NCBI RefSeq assembly: GCF_964213995.1
Contig: NC_135808.1
Coordinates: 27,962,001 to 28,026,000, forward strand
Source: Mustelus asterias
Lineage: Eukaryota
Reading direction: 5' to 3'
DNA: 64,000 nucleotides
A program made the translations under genes and the position numbers. This document shows, piece by piece, positions 63,877 through 64,000 of this stretch. The notes under the pieces are model-generated. The model made no database searches. It was not told where the DNA came from and was given only the letters and a program-made list of their open reading frames with translations. The stretch's first letter is position 1. Each line of letters starts with the position of its first letter.

Positions 63877-64000
63877 GGGCGGCACGGTAGCACAGTGGTT
63901 AGCACTGCTGCTTCACAGCTCCAGGGGCCTGGGTTCGATTCCTGGCTTGGGTCACTGACTGTGTGGAGTTTGCACATTCTCCTTGAGTCTTGCGTGGGTT
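63877..64000 (+). mobile_element. HE1-type SINE 5' end (runs off the window)
   Basis: gggcggcacggtagcacagtggttagcactgctgc... with A and B boxes (gggttcgattcc). Confidence 0.9.

Noticed and set aside
63877-63950. tRNA-like A and B boxes, also present at other SINE heads
   Set aside because: They belong to tRNA-derived SINEs and are not functional tRNA genes.

Overview
Vertebrate genomic DNA, almost certainly from a shark, judged from the HE1/V-SINE-type SINEs, abundant CR1 LINEs and a shark-type MHC class I sequence. Most of the window is retroelement-derived. The one clear host gene is an MHC class I heavy-chain gene on the minus strand. It has a leader exon (20563-20611), an alpha1 exon (13263-13523) and an alpha2 exon (11682-11954), all with canonical phase-1 GT-AG junctions, and a CCAAT/Y-box promoter at about 20700-21000. 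No alpha3, TM or cytoplasmic exon was found in the window. A CpG-rich, divergently oriented promoter-like stretch at about 27.8-28.3 kb precedes a frameshifted hydrophobic exon that may be a TAP-like relic. A complete but decayed endogenous retrovirus spans 31824-49904 on the minus strand, with TG...CA LTRs, a 5-bp TSD (TGGTC), PBS, PPT, pol and an ISD-containing env. It sits inside a CR1 and has itself been invaded by SINEs and CR1s. Inside its 5' LTR, one CR1 inserted into another at almost the homologous codon and in frame, creating a chimeric 917-codon ORF2 that lacks the endonuclease SDH motif. Other notable structures are a ~325-bp local inverted duplication, Penelope-like fragments with degenerate hammerhead-ribozyme cores (one on the sense strand of MHC intron 1), and a solo LTR with a 5-bp TSD inside a SINE. 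Boundaries of old repeats are approximate and were read by eye.
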